Both the position numbers and the translations under genes were made by a program. Below the pieces are notes generated by a model that saw nothing but the letters and a program-made list of their open reading frames with translations, was not told the DNA's origin and searched no databases. DNA of 64,000 bases from Pedosphaera sp. (lineage in GTDB: Bacteria > Verrucomicrobiota > Verrucomicrobiia > Limisphaerales > SIBH01). The DNA lies in assembly GCA_031414955.1 (NCBI GenBank), contig JANOQV010000152.1, forward strand, positions 21,093 to 85,092, given 5' to 3'. Of this stretch, positions 9,856 through 21,500 are shown piece by piece (position 1 is the first letter of the stretch; every line of letters begins with the position of its first letter).

Positions 9856-12800
9856 ATGAACACCGGCCAGTTCTTTCCTGGTTTAAGGATGCGGCGCGTG
9901 ACCGCCGCAAACGGTTTTCCAATTTTGCCCGGAGCGCAGCGCGGCCCCGAGCAGCGGCTGACGGGGGCAGCGGAAGGCGGAAAGCAGAAAGCAGAAATGG
10001 GCCGGCCGCCGTGTTTCCGATTTCAGCTTTCTGCTTTCGCCCTTTCTGCTTTTCTTTGGTTTCTGCTTCTTGCTCTCGCCGTTTCTGCTTTTTCCGCGAC
10101 CGTGCCGGCCGGATTTTCTGAGACGGACATCCCGTCCGGCGGCACCTGGACCGAGGCGGCGGGATTAGGCTTCGGCCCTGGCGGTCGAATGTTTGTCTGG
10201 GAGCGGGGCGGGCGTGTTTGGTTTAAGGATCCCCTCGAGACTGCCTTCTCCCTGCTGCTTGATATTCGCGAAGAAGTCGGCGGCTACAACGACTTGGGGC
10301 TGCTCGGTTTTGCGCTGGACCCCAGCTTTGAGGTCAACGGTCACATCTACGTCTTGTACAACGTGGACCGGCATCACCTGCTTAACTTCGGAACGGGAAG
10401 CTACAACCCGAATGCGAACGAGTATTACGCGGCGACCATTGGACGGTTGACGCGCTACACCTGCACGGCTTCCAACGGCTTCCGATCCGTGGACTTGGCC
10501 AGCCGGTTCATCTTGCTCGGTGAATCGAAGACCAATGGATTCCCGATTGTCACGGACACTCAGGGCACGGGCAGCCTGGTTTTCGGGACGGATGGAACTC
10601 TGCTGGTTGCTTGTGGAGATGCCGCCAGCCCTTACACGCAGGATGCCGGCGGCGATGTCCTCCACAGCTATGCGGTTCAAGCCCTGGCCAGTGGCATCAT
10701 CCGGCCCAAGGAAGACATCGGCTCTTTTCGTTCGCAAATGGTGGACAGCCTCGGCGGAAAAATACTCCGCATCGATCCGGCCACCGGCGATGGAGTTCCC
10801 AGCAATCCCTTTTACGACCCGGCCAGTCCGCGCTCGGCCCGGTCGCGGGTTTGGTCACTGGGTTATCGCAATCCGTTTCGCATGTCGCTCCGGCCGGAAA
10901 CCGGCAGCCATAATGCCGGCGACGGCAATCCCGGAGTTCTTTACGTCGGCAATGTCGGCCATGAAATCTGGGAATCGCTGGATGTGGTGACGGGTCCGGG
11001 ACAGAATTTTGGCTGGCCCATTTATGAAGGTCTCGGAGTGATGGCCGTTTTTGAAGGGGTCGATGCCTTCAATCTGGATGCGCCCAATCCGTTTTATCCG
11101 ACCAACGGCTGTGCTCAGTATTTTAAGTTCCGGGACTTGCTCAAGGAAGACACCCTCGATCCGCTGGGCCAGCCCCCGTTCACCAATCCGTGCAACGCCG
11201 CGCTGAGAATTCCTGGCTCCATCCCGCAGTCTCTGCGCGCCCGCCCGGTCCTGGACTGGAATCATACCAGCGCGATTACGCGAACGCCGACCTATGGTCC
11301 GGCGGGACAGGCGCAAACCGCCAACGTGGGTGCTCCTGGATCGCCGGTGGCCGGCACGCAGTTCCGGGGGAACTCCGTCATCGGCGGCACCTGGTACACC
11401 GGAACGAATTTTCCGGTGCGCTATCAAAACACTTATTTTGTCGCGGACTGGGGCCAGGGATGGATCAAGAGCGTGACCTTCGATCAGAATGATCAACCGG
11501 TTGAAGTGCGTGACTTCCTGAGCAACGCCGGAATTGAAAGCATCGCCACCGTCGTGGAAAACCCGGCCGATGGCAGCCTGTATTACCTCACCTTCAATCG
11601 CTCCTCCGGTTCCATCCGAAAAATCTCCTACGTGGGCAACCGCACCCCGGTGGCCGTGGCCGCCCCGGACCAAACCTACGGCCCCGGTCCCCTCACCGTC
11701 CCATTCAGCAGCAACGGCTCCTTTGATCCCGACGGCAGCCCCCTCGCTTACGCCTGGAACTTTGGCGACGGCTCGGGCACCAACCTGGCCCACCCGTCGC
11801 ATACGTTTTCCGCCCCGATCGGAGTGCCGACAAAATTCATCGTTACTTTGACGGTGACGGACCCCGGCGGATTGTCGGCGCAAAAGACCCTGACCATCTC
11901 CGTCAACAACACCCCGCCCAACGTCGCCATCACCAGCCCCGTGGATGGCGCGAGCTACTCGCCGAGCAACAATTCCACCTTCGATCTGACGGCGACGGTC
12001 AGCGATGCCGAGTTCAGCGATGAGGAACTGAGCTATCGTTGGCAAACGCTCCTGCACCACAACGACCACAATCACGGCAGCCCGCCGGACACGAATCACC
12101 TGACTACGACCCTGATCGAGCCGACCCGGTGCGACGCGACCACGATCTTCTATTATCGAGTCTTGCTCACGGTTACGGATTCAGCGGGGCTTTCAACAAC
12201 TCGCGAGGTGAGGCTCTACGCGGATTGTGGCCCCAACACGCCGCCGCGGATCTCGGCCATCCCCAATCAGTTCGTGAATCAGGATCGAACAACCGCTCCG
12301 ATTGCTTTCACCGTGGAGGATGATGAAACCGTTCCGGACATATTGCAGTTCAGCGCCTCCTCCTCGAATCCCGCCTTGTTGCCGGAGGCCAACATCATTT
12401 TTGGAGGGAGCAGCAGCAACCGCACGTTGACTCTGACCCCGTCGCCAGGGCAAACGGGCCAGGCGACGATTACGGTGACGGTGAATGATGGGCCAAACTA
12501 CACGAGCACGAGCTTCGTCCTGACCGTGAACCCGGCGCCGGCCGGCACGGCTTCCTTCACCAACTCGACGGCGCTCACGATTTCAATTCCGAATTCCGGC
12601 CCGGCCGCGCCCTATCCGTCGTACAACATGGTCACCGGTCTGGGTGGCGTCATCACCAACGTCGCCGTCACGTTGCGCAACCTGACCTACACCTGGTCTC
12701 CAGATGTGGACGTGTTGCTGGTCAGCCCGTGGGGGCAGGGGATCATTCTCTGTTCGGACGCCGGCAATGGACCGGTCAACAACGTCACGCTCACGCTTTC

Positions 12801-15282
12801 CGATGCGGCGGCTGCTTCGCTGCCTAGCGTGAGTGCGCTTGCGTCGGGCACTTTCAAGCCGACGAACGTCGGGGCCGGAGATGCCTTGGCCGCGCCGGCA
12901 CCCGTCGGGCCTTACGCCACGAACTTCTCCGCCTTCAACGGCCAGCCTGCGAATGGCGCGTGGGCTTTATATTTTTTCGATGATGGCGCGAACGACTCCG
13001 GCAGCCTGGCCGGCGGCTGGAGCATCACCATCACGACCGTGGGCGGAAACGGCTCCCAAGCGCCGACCATTATCGACATCCCAAACCAATTCACCACGGT
13101 GAATGAAGCCACGGCGGCGATTCCCTTCACCATCAGCGACGCGGACACGGCGGCGGCGGAGTTGATTGTTTACGCGAACTCTTCCAATCCCGCGCTCGCG
13201 CCGACGAACAACATCGTCCTCGGAGGCAGCGAGAGTAATCGCACGGTGACGATTACGCCGGTGGCCGCCCAGATCGGCACGGCCACGATTACGGTCTACG
13301 TTACGGACGGCACGAACACCACGAGTGACTTGTTCCTGCTCACCGTCAGCGCCATCAACACTCCGCCTGTCATCTCGCCGATCACGGCTCAAGTCATCAA
13401 CGAGGACACCGCCACGGGAGCTATTGGCTTCACGATTGGCGACGGCGAGACAGCAGCGGGCAGTCTGACCCTGACCAAAAGCTCCTCGAATACCACCCTG
13501 GTTCCCACCAGTGGGATTGTCTTTGGCGGGAGTGGCAGCAACCGCACCGTGACCGTGACGCCGGCGGCGAATCAATCGGGGATCGTCACGATCAGCGTGG
13601 GCGTGAGCGACGGCCAATACACGGCGACGACGAACTTCCTGGTCACGGTCAATCCCATCAACGACCTGCCATCCATTTCTGGAATCACCAACCAGACGAT
13701 CAACCAGAATGGCATGACGGGGCCCTTGAACTTCACCATCGGCGACGTTGAAACGGCGGCCGGCGCATTGACCGTGATCGGCGCTTCATCGGACGGACTG
13801 CTTGTGCCGAACAACAACATTGTGCTCGGGGGAAGCGGCAGCAATCGCATGGTCACCATCACTCCGGGACTCAATCAACTTGGCACCGCTGTGATCACTT
13901 TGAACGTGAGCGATGGCACGAACACCGCGGGCACGAGCTTCGCACTTACGGTGCGCGCATCGGTGGTGGGCACCTTCTCATTAACCAATGCCGGCTCCAT
14001 CACCATGAGTAACGTGGCGAGTTCGCCCGCCGTGCCCTATCCGTCCACGATCAACGTGACCGGCCTGGGCGGGACGGTCAGCAATGTGACCGTGACGCTC
14101 CGGAACCTGACTCACGCCTGGACGCGCGACATCGATGTGCTGCTGGTCGCGCCCAACGGGCAGGGAGTGATTCTCCTCTCCGACGCCGGCAATGGCGTCG
14201 CCAGCGGCGTCATTCTCACCTTGTCCGATTCCGCCGCGTCGTCAGTCCCGCTCACGCCTTTGACCACGGGCACATTCCGTCCGGCGGATTATTCACCCGT
14301 GGAAACTTTTCCGGTGCCGGCGCTGACCGGACCGTTCGGAACAGTCTTGGCTGTGCTGAATGGACAAAGTCCCAACGGTGCGTGGTTGTTGTTTGTTTAC
14401 GACGATGGACCAAATGATTTGGGAAACATTGCCGATGGCTGGAGCCTCACCCTGACCACGGTTTCGAGTCCCTCTGAACCACCGGTCATTTCAGGCATCG
14501 CCAGCCAGACCATCGGCGAGGACACATCCACCGGGCCGATTGGATTCACGATCGACGATCCAGACACCGCTGCGGTCCACCTCGTGGTGAGCGGTGGTTC
14601 TTCAAATCCCGTTCTGGTGCCGACGAACGGTCTCGTGCTGGGTGGAACGGGAGTAAACCGAACCGTCACCATCACGCCTGCCCACGAGGTCAGCGGCACG
14701 GCGACGATCACGCTGGCAGTCAGTGACGGCACGAACAACGTGAGCACCAACTTTTTGTTGACGGTGATCGCGGTGAACGATGCTCCAACCCTCGCGCCGG
14801 TTTCCAGCCGGGTGGTCGGCGCCGGACAGATTGTTTCGTTCCCCAACTCGGCCAGCGACGTGGATCTTCCTCCACAGGCGTTGACCTTTAGCCTGGCTGG
14901 TTTTCCCGCAGGCGCAACGCTGGACGCCAGCAGTGGAGTTTTCTTCTGGCGTCCCGCGGTGGCCCGGGCTGGCACGACGAATTTCTTCGAGATGATAGTG
15001 GCGGACAGCGGTTTACCCGTCCTCAGCGCTACGCAAAGTTTCAACGTGATCGTGAGCCAACTTGCGCCGCCCAGTGTGACTCAGGTGGCGCTGACCAACA
15101 ACCGACTCACGCTCGTCATCGCGGGTGATGCCGGCCCTGACTACACCGTGCAGGCTTCGCCGGACCTTGCCGACTGGACGGATCTGTTCACCACGAACTC
15201 GCCGTTGCTGCCGTTCACTGGCACGATCACCAACGTCAGCGACTTTCCGCAGCGTTTCTTCCGTGTCCTGCTCGGACCATGA
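9856..15282 (+). CDS. Tandem paralog of 4149..9848 (dehydrogenase-like propeller, PKD, Ig repeats, two P-like domains, RFFR domain)
   Basis: Collinear similarity to the upstream gene with one fewer Ig repeat and a near-identical C-terminus (FPQRFFRVLLGP). Start at 9856 chosen; 9997 is an alternative. Confidence 0.85.
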   Translation: MNTGQFFPGLRMRRVTAANGFPILPGAQRGPEQRLTGAAEGGKQKAEMGRPPCFRFQLSAFALSAFLWFLLLALAVSAFSATVPAGFSETDIPSGGTWTEAAGLGFGPGGRMFVWERGGRVWFKDPLETAFSLLLDIREEVGGYNDLGLLGFALDPSFEVNGHIYVLYNVDRHHLLNFGTGSYNPNANEYYAATIGRLTRYTCTASNGFRSVDLASRFILLGESKTNGFPIVTDTQGTGSLVFGTDGTLLVACGDAASPYTQDAGGDVLHSYAVQALASGIIRPKEDIGSFRSQMVDSLGGKILRIDPATGDGVPSNPFYDPASPRSARSRVWSLGYRNPFRMSLRPETGSHNAGDGNPGVLYVGNVGHEIWESLDVVTGPGQNFGWPIYEGLGVMAVFEGVDAFNLDAPNPFYPTNGCAQYFKFRDLLKEDTLDPLGQPPFTNPCNAALRIPGSIPQSLRARPVLDWNHTSAITRTPTYGPAGQAQTANVGAPGSPVAGTQFRGNSVIGGTWYTGTNFPVRYQNTYFVADWGQGWIKSVTFDQNDQPVEVRDFLSNAGIESIATVVENPADGSLYYLTFNRSSGSIRKISYVGNRTPVAVAAPDQTYGPGPLTVPFSSNGSFDPDGSPLAYAWNFGDGSGTNLAHPSHTFSAPIGVPTKFIVTLTVTDPGGLSAQKTLTISVNNTPPNVAITSPVDGASYSPSNNSTFDLTATVSDAEFSDEELSYRWQTLLHHNDHNHGSPPDTNHLTTTLIEPTRCDATTIFYYRVLLTVTDSAGLSTTREVRLYADCGPNTPPRISAIPNQFVNQDRTTAPIAFTVEDDETVPDILQFSASSSNPALLPEANIIFGGSSSNRTLTLTPSPGQTGQATITVTVNDGPNYTSTSFVLTVNPAPAGTASFTNSTALTISIPNSGPAAPYPSYNMVTGLGGVITNVAVTLRNLTYTWSPDVDVLLVSPWGQGIILCSDAGNGPVNNVTLTLSDAAAASLPSVSALASGTFKPTNVGAGDALAAPAPVGPYATNFSAFNGQPANGAWALYFFDDGANDSGSLAGGWSITITTVGGNGSQAPTIIDIPNQFTTVNEATAAIPFTISDADTAAAELIVYANSSNPALAPTNNIVLGGSESNRTVTITPVAAQIGTATITVYVTDGTNTTSDLFLLTVSAINTPPVISPITAQVINEDTATGAIGFTIGDGETAAGSLTLTKSSSNTTLVPTSGIVFGGSGSNRTVTVTPAANQSGIVTISVGVSDGQYTATTNFLVTVNPINDLPSISGITNQTINQNGMTGPLNFTIGDVETAAGALTVIGASSDGLLVPNNNIVLGGSGSNRMVTITPGLNQLGTAVITLNVSDGTNTAGTSFALTVRASVVGTFSLTNAGSITMSNVASSPAVPYPSTINVTGLGGTVSNVTVTLRNLTHAWTRDIDVLLVAPNGQGVILLSDAGNGVASGVILTLSDSAASSVPLTPLTTGTFRPADYSPVETFPVPALTGPFGTVLAVLNGQSPNGAWLLFVYDDGPNDLGNIADGWSLTLTTVSSPSEPPVISGIASQTIGEDTSTGPIGFTIDDPDTAAVHLVVSGGSSNPVLVPTNGLVLGGTGVNRTVTITPAHEVSGTATITLAVSDGTNNVSTNFLLTVIAVNDAPTLAPVSSRVVGAGQIVSFPNSASDVDLPPQALTFSLAGFPAGATLDASSGVFFWRPAVARAGTTNFFEMIVADSGLPVLSATQSFNVIVSQLAPPSVTQVALTNNRLTLVIAGDAGPDYTVQASPDLADWTDLFTTNSPLLPFTGTITNVSDFPQRFFRVLLGP
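9981..10092. repeat. Short-unit (AAAGCAG/TTTCTGC) inverted repeat inside the signal-peptide coding region
   Basis: AAAGCAGAAAGCAGAAAT (9981-9998) pairs with ATTTCAGCTTTCTGCTTT (10020-10037), one mismatch; further TTTCTGCTT units run to ~10092. Confidence 0.65.
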
Positions 15283-15587
15283 ACCATCAACCCAGGTGTA
15301 TGGCGGGCCGGGCCGCCCGCGAAAGGCAGGGTCCGCTTCCTGGATTCGCTGATCGCCGCTGGATTGGTGATTTTGCCGGTTCCGATCACAGCCTTGCGGC
15401 GGATTTTGGCTCCGGCGTGTTAGTCGTATATCCCTGCAGTATCAGGTTCCGTAAAAGTACGGGTTGTCCCTATTGAGCCTGAAATTGACTGGATTTTCAG
15501 ACGTCGACCAGCCAAGGTGGCCGTCGCTCCGTTGGTAGTTCGTTGTTGGCTCGTAGTTTGATAACACAGTCGAAACCTCCAGTGATC

Positions 15588-18500
15588 ATGATGAATGTCG
15601 GGCTGTACTTTCGCGGTTTGGGGATGCGTCGCGGCGAGTCCTCAAAGTTTCCCTCCTGCCATGCGGTGGTGAAGCCAAGTGGACTTCGCTGGCTGGCTTT
15701 GCTGATCGTTTGCTTTTCGAGCCTTGTCGCTCGCGAACTCAGCGCGGCGAACACGGCCCCGGTTGTCGATTCCGTTGTGGCCGTGACCGGCCCGTCGGTG
15801 CTGGTGGATCATCCGTCGCTCTACAAATTCTACGTGCGGGATCAGGAAACGGCATCGAACAACCTGCAACTCAGTCTTACTTCCTCGAATCCTGCTTTGC
15901 TCCCCGCCTCGAATGTCGTCTTCCATTACTTCCTCTTCGATCCGGATGGCCAGCACTGGTACATGACGATGACGCCGGCGTTCGGCCAGACGGGGACCGG
16001 CACGGTGACGGTGAATTTTAGTGACGGCACCAACATCACGTCCACGAACATCACCTTGACCGTCAGCCCGCCACCATCCGGCGGAGCCAGGTTCGCGAAC
16101 TCCACTCCGATTGGTATCCCGTTGGCTGCCGGACCGGCCACGGTGTATCCCTCGACGATCAGCGTCTCGGGGATGAGTGGCACGACGACCAACGTGACGG
16201 TGTCGCTGAGACGGTTTAGTCACGAGTTTCCCGGGAACGTCCACATGATGCTGGTTTCGCCGACCGGGCAGAAGTCCGTCTTCTGGTCCAAATGCGGACG
16301 GGGCACGCAAGTGACGAATGTGAACGCGACCATGACGGACCGCGCGTTCGACTTTGCCCCCCTCCCGGATGAATTCGAGATCTGGTCGGAACAATTCCGC
16401 CCCACGGATCGGGCCGGGACCTGGGACTCCATCACTAATAATTTTCCGGCGCCAGCGCCGGCTCCGCCCTATCCGCCCGTGCCCCTGTCGGAAGCCTTCT
16501 ACACCGCCTTCAACGGTGCGTCTCCGAACGGCACCTGGTCATTGTATGTGTACGACGATACCACCGGAGCTCAGGGCAGCATCGCGGGTGGCTGGAGTCT
16601 GATGGTCTTGACGGCCGGGGCGGTGAACCAGTCCCCGACCATCAGCGACATTGGGAATCAAGCCACGACGACCAACGTGCCAACGGCGGCGATTCCATTC
16701 ACCATCGGCGACGCCGAGACCCCCGCCGCCAGCCTCACGCTGGGCCGGGCTTCCTCAAACACGACGCTCGTGCCGACGAACAACATCGTCTTCGGTGGCA
16801 GTGGCGCCAATCGTACTGTGACCGTCACCCCCGCCGCCGGCCAGACTGGCACGGCGACCATCACGGTCAGCGTGCGCGACGGCACGAACACCACGAGCGA
16901 TGATTTTCTCCTGACCGTGACCCAGTCGAACACGCCGCCAACCATCAGCACCATTGCGAATCAGTCTACGCCCGAAGATGCCCCCACGTCTGCCATCGCC
17001 TTTACCATCGGTGACTCGGACACTCCATCTGCCAGCTTGACCCTGAGCAATGCCTCGTCCAACACGACGCTTGTTCCCACGAACAACATTGTCTTCGGTG
17101 GTAGCGGGAGCAATCGCACCGTGACCGTCACGCCGGCCACCAATTTGAGCGGCAGCGCGACGATCACGATTACCGTGAGCGATGGACTGTTGAGCCGGAG
17201 CACGAACTTTGTGCTGACGGTCACCCCGGTGAACGACGCGCCGGCGATCAGCGATATTCCCGATCAACTCACGGCCACGAATGTGGGCACGGGGCCCATT
17301 GCCTTCACCGTGGGCGACGTGGAGACGGCGGCCGGCAGCCTGACGCTGCTCAGGGCCTCCTCGAACACGGGGTTGGTTCCGACCAACAACATTGTCTTCG
17401 GCGGCAGCGGCGGCAATCGGACGGTCACGGTGACACCTGCGACCGGACAGAGCGGGCAGTCCACAATTTCGGTGACGGTGCGCGATGGGACCAACAACAC
17501 CACTGACACTTTTGTCCTCACGGTCGTGGCGCCGGGGGCCAATCAGCCGCCCACGATTGGAACCATCCCCAACCAGACAACCATCATCGATCAGCCGACT
17601 TACCCGTTCCTGCTGGTGATCGACGATCCGGAGACGGCCAAGGTGGATTTGCGGATGACCGCCACTTCCTCGGATCAAAGCGTGGTGCCGAACGCGAACA
17701 TCTTTTTCGGCACCTTCACGCCCAACCAATACCTCACGGTGACGCCCGCCTTCGGCCGGGCCTCGGGCACGGCCACCATCACGGTGAACGTGAGCGACGG
17801 CACGAACTCCGCCAGCACCAATTTCTTGTTCACCATCAATCCGCCGCCGACGGGCTGGAGCCGATTTGCGAACACCAACGCGGTCAGCATCCCGGACTCG
17901 GGGGTGGCTTCGCCTTATCCGTCCACCATCAACGTCTCGAGCATGGGCGGCACCATCGCCAACCTGGAACTGACCATCAGCCGGTTCAGCCACCAGTTCG
18001 TGCCCGAGGTGGACATGCTGCTGGTTTCGCCCTCCGGACAGGAAGTGATGCTGATGTCCGGCGTTGCCGAGGGTCGCGGCGTTTCCAACTCCACCATCAC
18101 GCTCACGGACAGTGCGCCTTTCCCGTTACCCCAATCCTTCGATATCTGGCCGCAGCCTTTGCAGCCGACGGACTGGATTGGCACCAATGTTCTGCCCTCG
18201 CCGGCGCCAGCCCGGCCCTACGGTGCCACGGCCATGTCCACATTTAACGGGTTGTCGGCCAACGGAAACTGGACGCTCTACGTCAATGACCGATTTCCGG
18301 GGGCCTCGGGCACGATCGCCGGCGGGTGGAGCCTGCTCGTCGCCACCACGGGTGGCAATGCCTCCGCGCCTTCCATCAGCGACATCCCCAATCAGACCAC
18401 CGTCTCAAACGTGCCCACGGCGGCCATTCCCTTCATCATCACCGATCCGGACACGGCGCTGGGCAGCCTGACCTTGCTGCGGAGTTCCTCCAACCCGACG

Positions 18501-21500
18501 CTCGTGCCGACGAACGGCATCGTCTTCGGTGGCAGTGGCAGCAATCGCACCGTGACCGTCACGCCGGCGGCCGGGCAACTTGGCACGGCTACCATCACCG
18601 TGACCGTCAGCGATGGCACGAACACGGCGAGCGACAATTTCTTGCTGACCGTGAACCAGGCCAACACCCCGCCGAGCATCAGCACCATCGCCAACCAGAG
18701 CACGCCCGAGGACACGGCCACGGCGGCCATTCCGTTCACCATCGGTGACTCGGGCACTCCGGTGGACAGCTTGGTGCTGACCAAGGCTTCCTCGAACACG
18801 GCACTGATTCCGACCAACAACATTGTCTTCGGCGGCAGCGGCAGCAATCGCACCGTGACGGTCACGCCGGTGACGAATCTGAGCGGCAGCGCGACGATCA
18901 CGATCACGGTGAGCGACGGCCTGCTCAATCGCAGCACGAACTTCGTGCTCACGGTCACACCGGTGAACGATGGGCCGGTGATGAGCGACATCCCCGATCA
19001 GGCCACCATCGCCGACTCCTCGACCGCTCCATATCCATTCACTGTCGGCGACGTGGAGACGGCGGCCGGCAGTCTGACCCTGGCGGCCGGTTCGTCGAAT
19101 CCCTCCCTGGTCGCCACCAACAATGTCATCTTTGGCGGCAGCGCCAGCAACCGCACCGTCTCGGTCACGCCCACCGCCGGGCAGACCGGCCAGTCATTGA
19201 TCTTCGTGACCGTGGGCGATGGAGCCAACGAAACCACCGACACCTTCCTGCTCACGGTCAATCCGCCGGGGGCCAATCTCCCGCCGACGATTTCGGATGT
19301 GACCGATCAGGTGATCGACGAGGACGGCACGACTGGGGCGCTGGCTTTCACGATTCTTGATCCCGAGACGCCCTCCGCCAGCCTGACCCTGAGCCGTGGC
19401 TCGTCGAATCCGGCGCTGGTGCCGACGAACAACATCGTCCTCGGCGGCAGCGGGGCCAGCCGCACCATGACGATTACTCCGGCGGCCAATGTCAGTGGCG
19501 TGTCCACCATCACCTTGACCGTGGGGGACGGCACGAACCTCACCAGCGACTCCTTCCTCTTGACGGTCAACGACGTGAACGACGCGCCCTCCACCACGGG
19601 TATCGCCAACCAATCCACCATCATTGGCGTGCCGGTCGGTCCGTTGAATTTCACGATTAATGATGCGGAGACGCCTGCGGCCAGCCTGGTCGTGGACAAG
19701 GCTTCTTCGGATGAAACGCTGGTGCCGCTGGGCAACATCGTGTTCGGCGGCAGCGGCAGTAATCTCAACCTGACCGTGACCCCCGCCCCCGGTCTGACCG
19801 GCACGGCCGACATCACGCTCTCGGTGAGCGATGGCACCAACACGACCAGCACGAACTTTATTCTCACCGTCTCGGTGGGAATCGTCAGCACCATTTCCTT
19901 CACCAATGGCGCGATGCTGACTCTTTCCAATGCGCTGCCTGGTCCGGCTTCCGTTTATCCCTCACCCATCCACGTCTCGGGCCAGTCCGGTCTGGTGACC
20001 AACGTGACGGTGATGTTGAGGAACATCACCCATGCCTGGACGCGTGACATCGATGTCGTGCTGGTGGCACCCAACGGGCGGGCCGTGATCATGATGTCCG
20101 ACGGCGGCAACGGGGCCGCCAACGGCGTGACCCTGACGCTCTCCGATGCCGCGCCTTCCTCCGTGCCGCAAACGGCGCTCACGACCGGCACTTTCCGTCC
20201 GGCCGACGCCGCGCCGGCGGATGTGTTCCCGCTGCCCGGTCCGGGCGCACCGTTCTACACGGTGCTTTCTGCGTTCAAGAACCAGGGACCGAACGGCACC
20301 TGGGCGCTCTATGTGCAGGACGACGGCACGAATGATCTGGGCCGGATCACGGATGGATGGACTTTGACCCTGACCACGATTTCGGATCTCAGTCTGGCGC
20401 CGGAAATCTCCGCCCCTGCCAACGTCATCATCTCCGAGGAAGGAACGACCGGCCTGCTCGACTTCACCGTGGGGGATGCGGATGACGATGTGGCCACGCT
20501 GGCGGTGACGGCGATTTCCTCGCATCCGGCTTTGATCTCGACCAACAACATCGTGCTCGGGGGCAGCGGGGCCAATCGCACGGTGAGCGTGACGCCCACG
20601 ACCAACGCCACCGGCCCGGTCACCATCTGGCTGACCGTGAACGACGGCACCAACACGGCTTCGACTAATTTCCTGGTGACCATGACCGGCATCAATGACG
20701 CGCCGACCATCACCGGCATCACCAACCGCACGGTCAACGAAGACCTCGCGACCAGCGCGATCAGCTTCACCATCATCGACGTCGAGACCCCGGCGGCCAG
20801 TCTCCAGTTGAGCAAGGATTCCTCGGATCCCGTGCTCGTGCCGATCAGCAACATTGTCTTCGGTGGCAGCGGCAGCAATCGCACCGTGACGGTGACGCCG
20901 GCTGCCAATCAGAGCGGTTCCGCGATCATCACCCTGACGGTCAGCGACGGTACCAACAGCGCCACGACCAATTTCCTGCTCACGGTCAACCCGGTGAACG
21001 ACGCGCCGGCCCTCACGGGCGTGGGCGACCAGACCATCGATGAGGACATCGCCACGCCGCTGTTGAACTTTCTCGTGGGCGACATCGAGACCGAGGCGGC
21101 CTCGCTCCTCGTCACCAGGGGTTCCTCGAATCCCGCCCTGGTGCCTGCGAGCAACATCGTCTTGGGCGGGTCGGATTCGAATCGCACGGTGGTCGTGACG
21201 CCGGCTCCGGACGTGAGCGGCACGGCGACCATCACGCTGACCGTGAGCGACGGGACGAACACGGCCAGCACCAACTTCGTGGTGACCGTTCTGCCGTCGA
21301 ATGACGCTCCCACGGTTTCCGGCATCGCCGACCAGACCATTGATGAGAATGGGGCCACGGGGTTGTTGAACTTCACGGTGGGCGATGTGGAAACGCTGGC
21401 GGCCGATCTGGCGGTGAGCGGCGACTCTTCCAATCCCAGCCTCATACCGGTGGGCAACATCGTCCTCGGCGGGGCGGGGGTCGGTCGCACCGTGCAGGTG

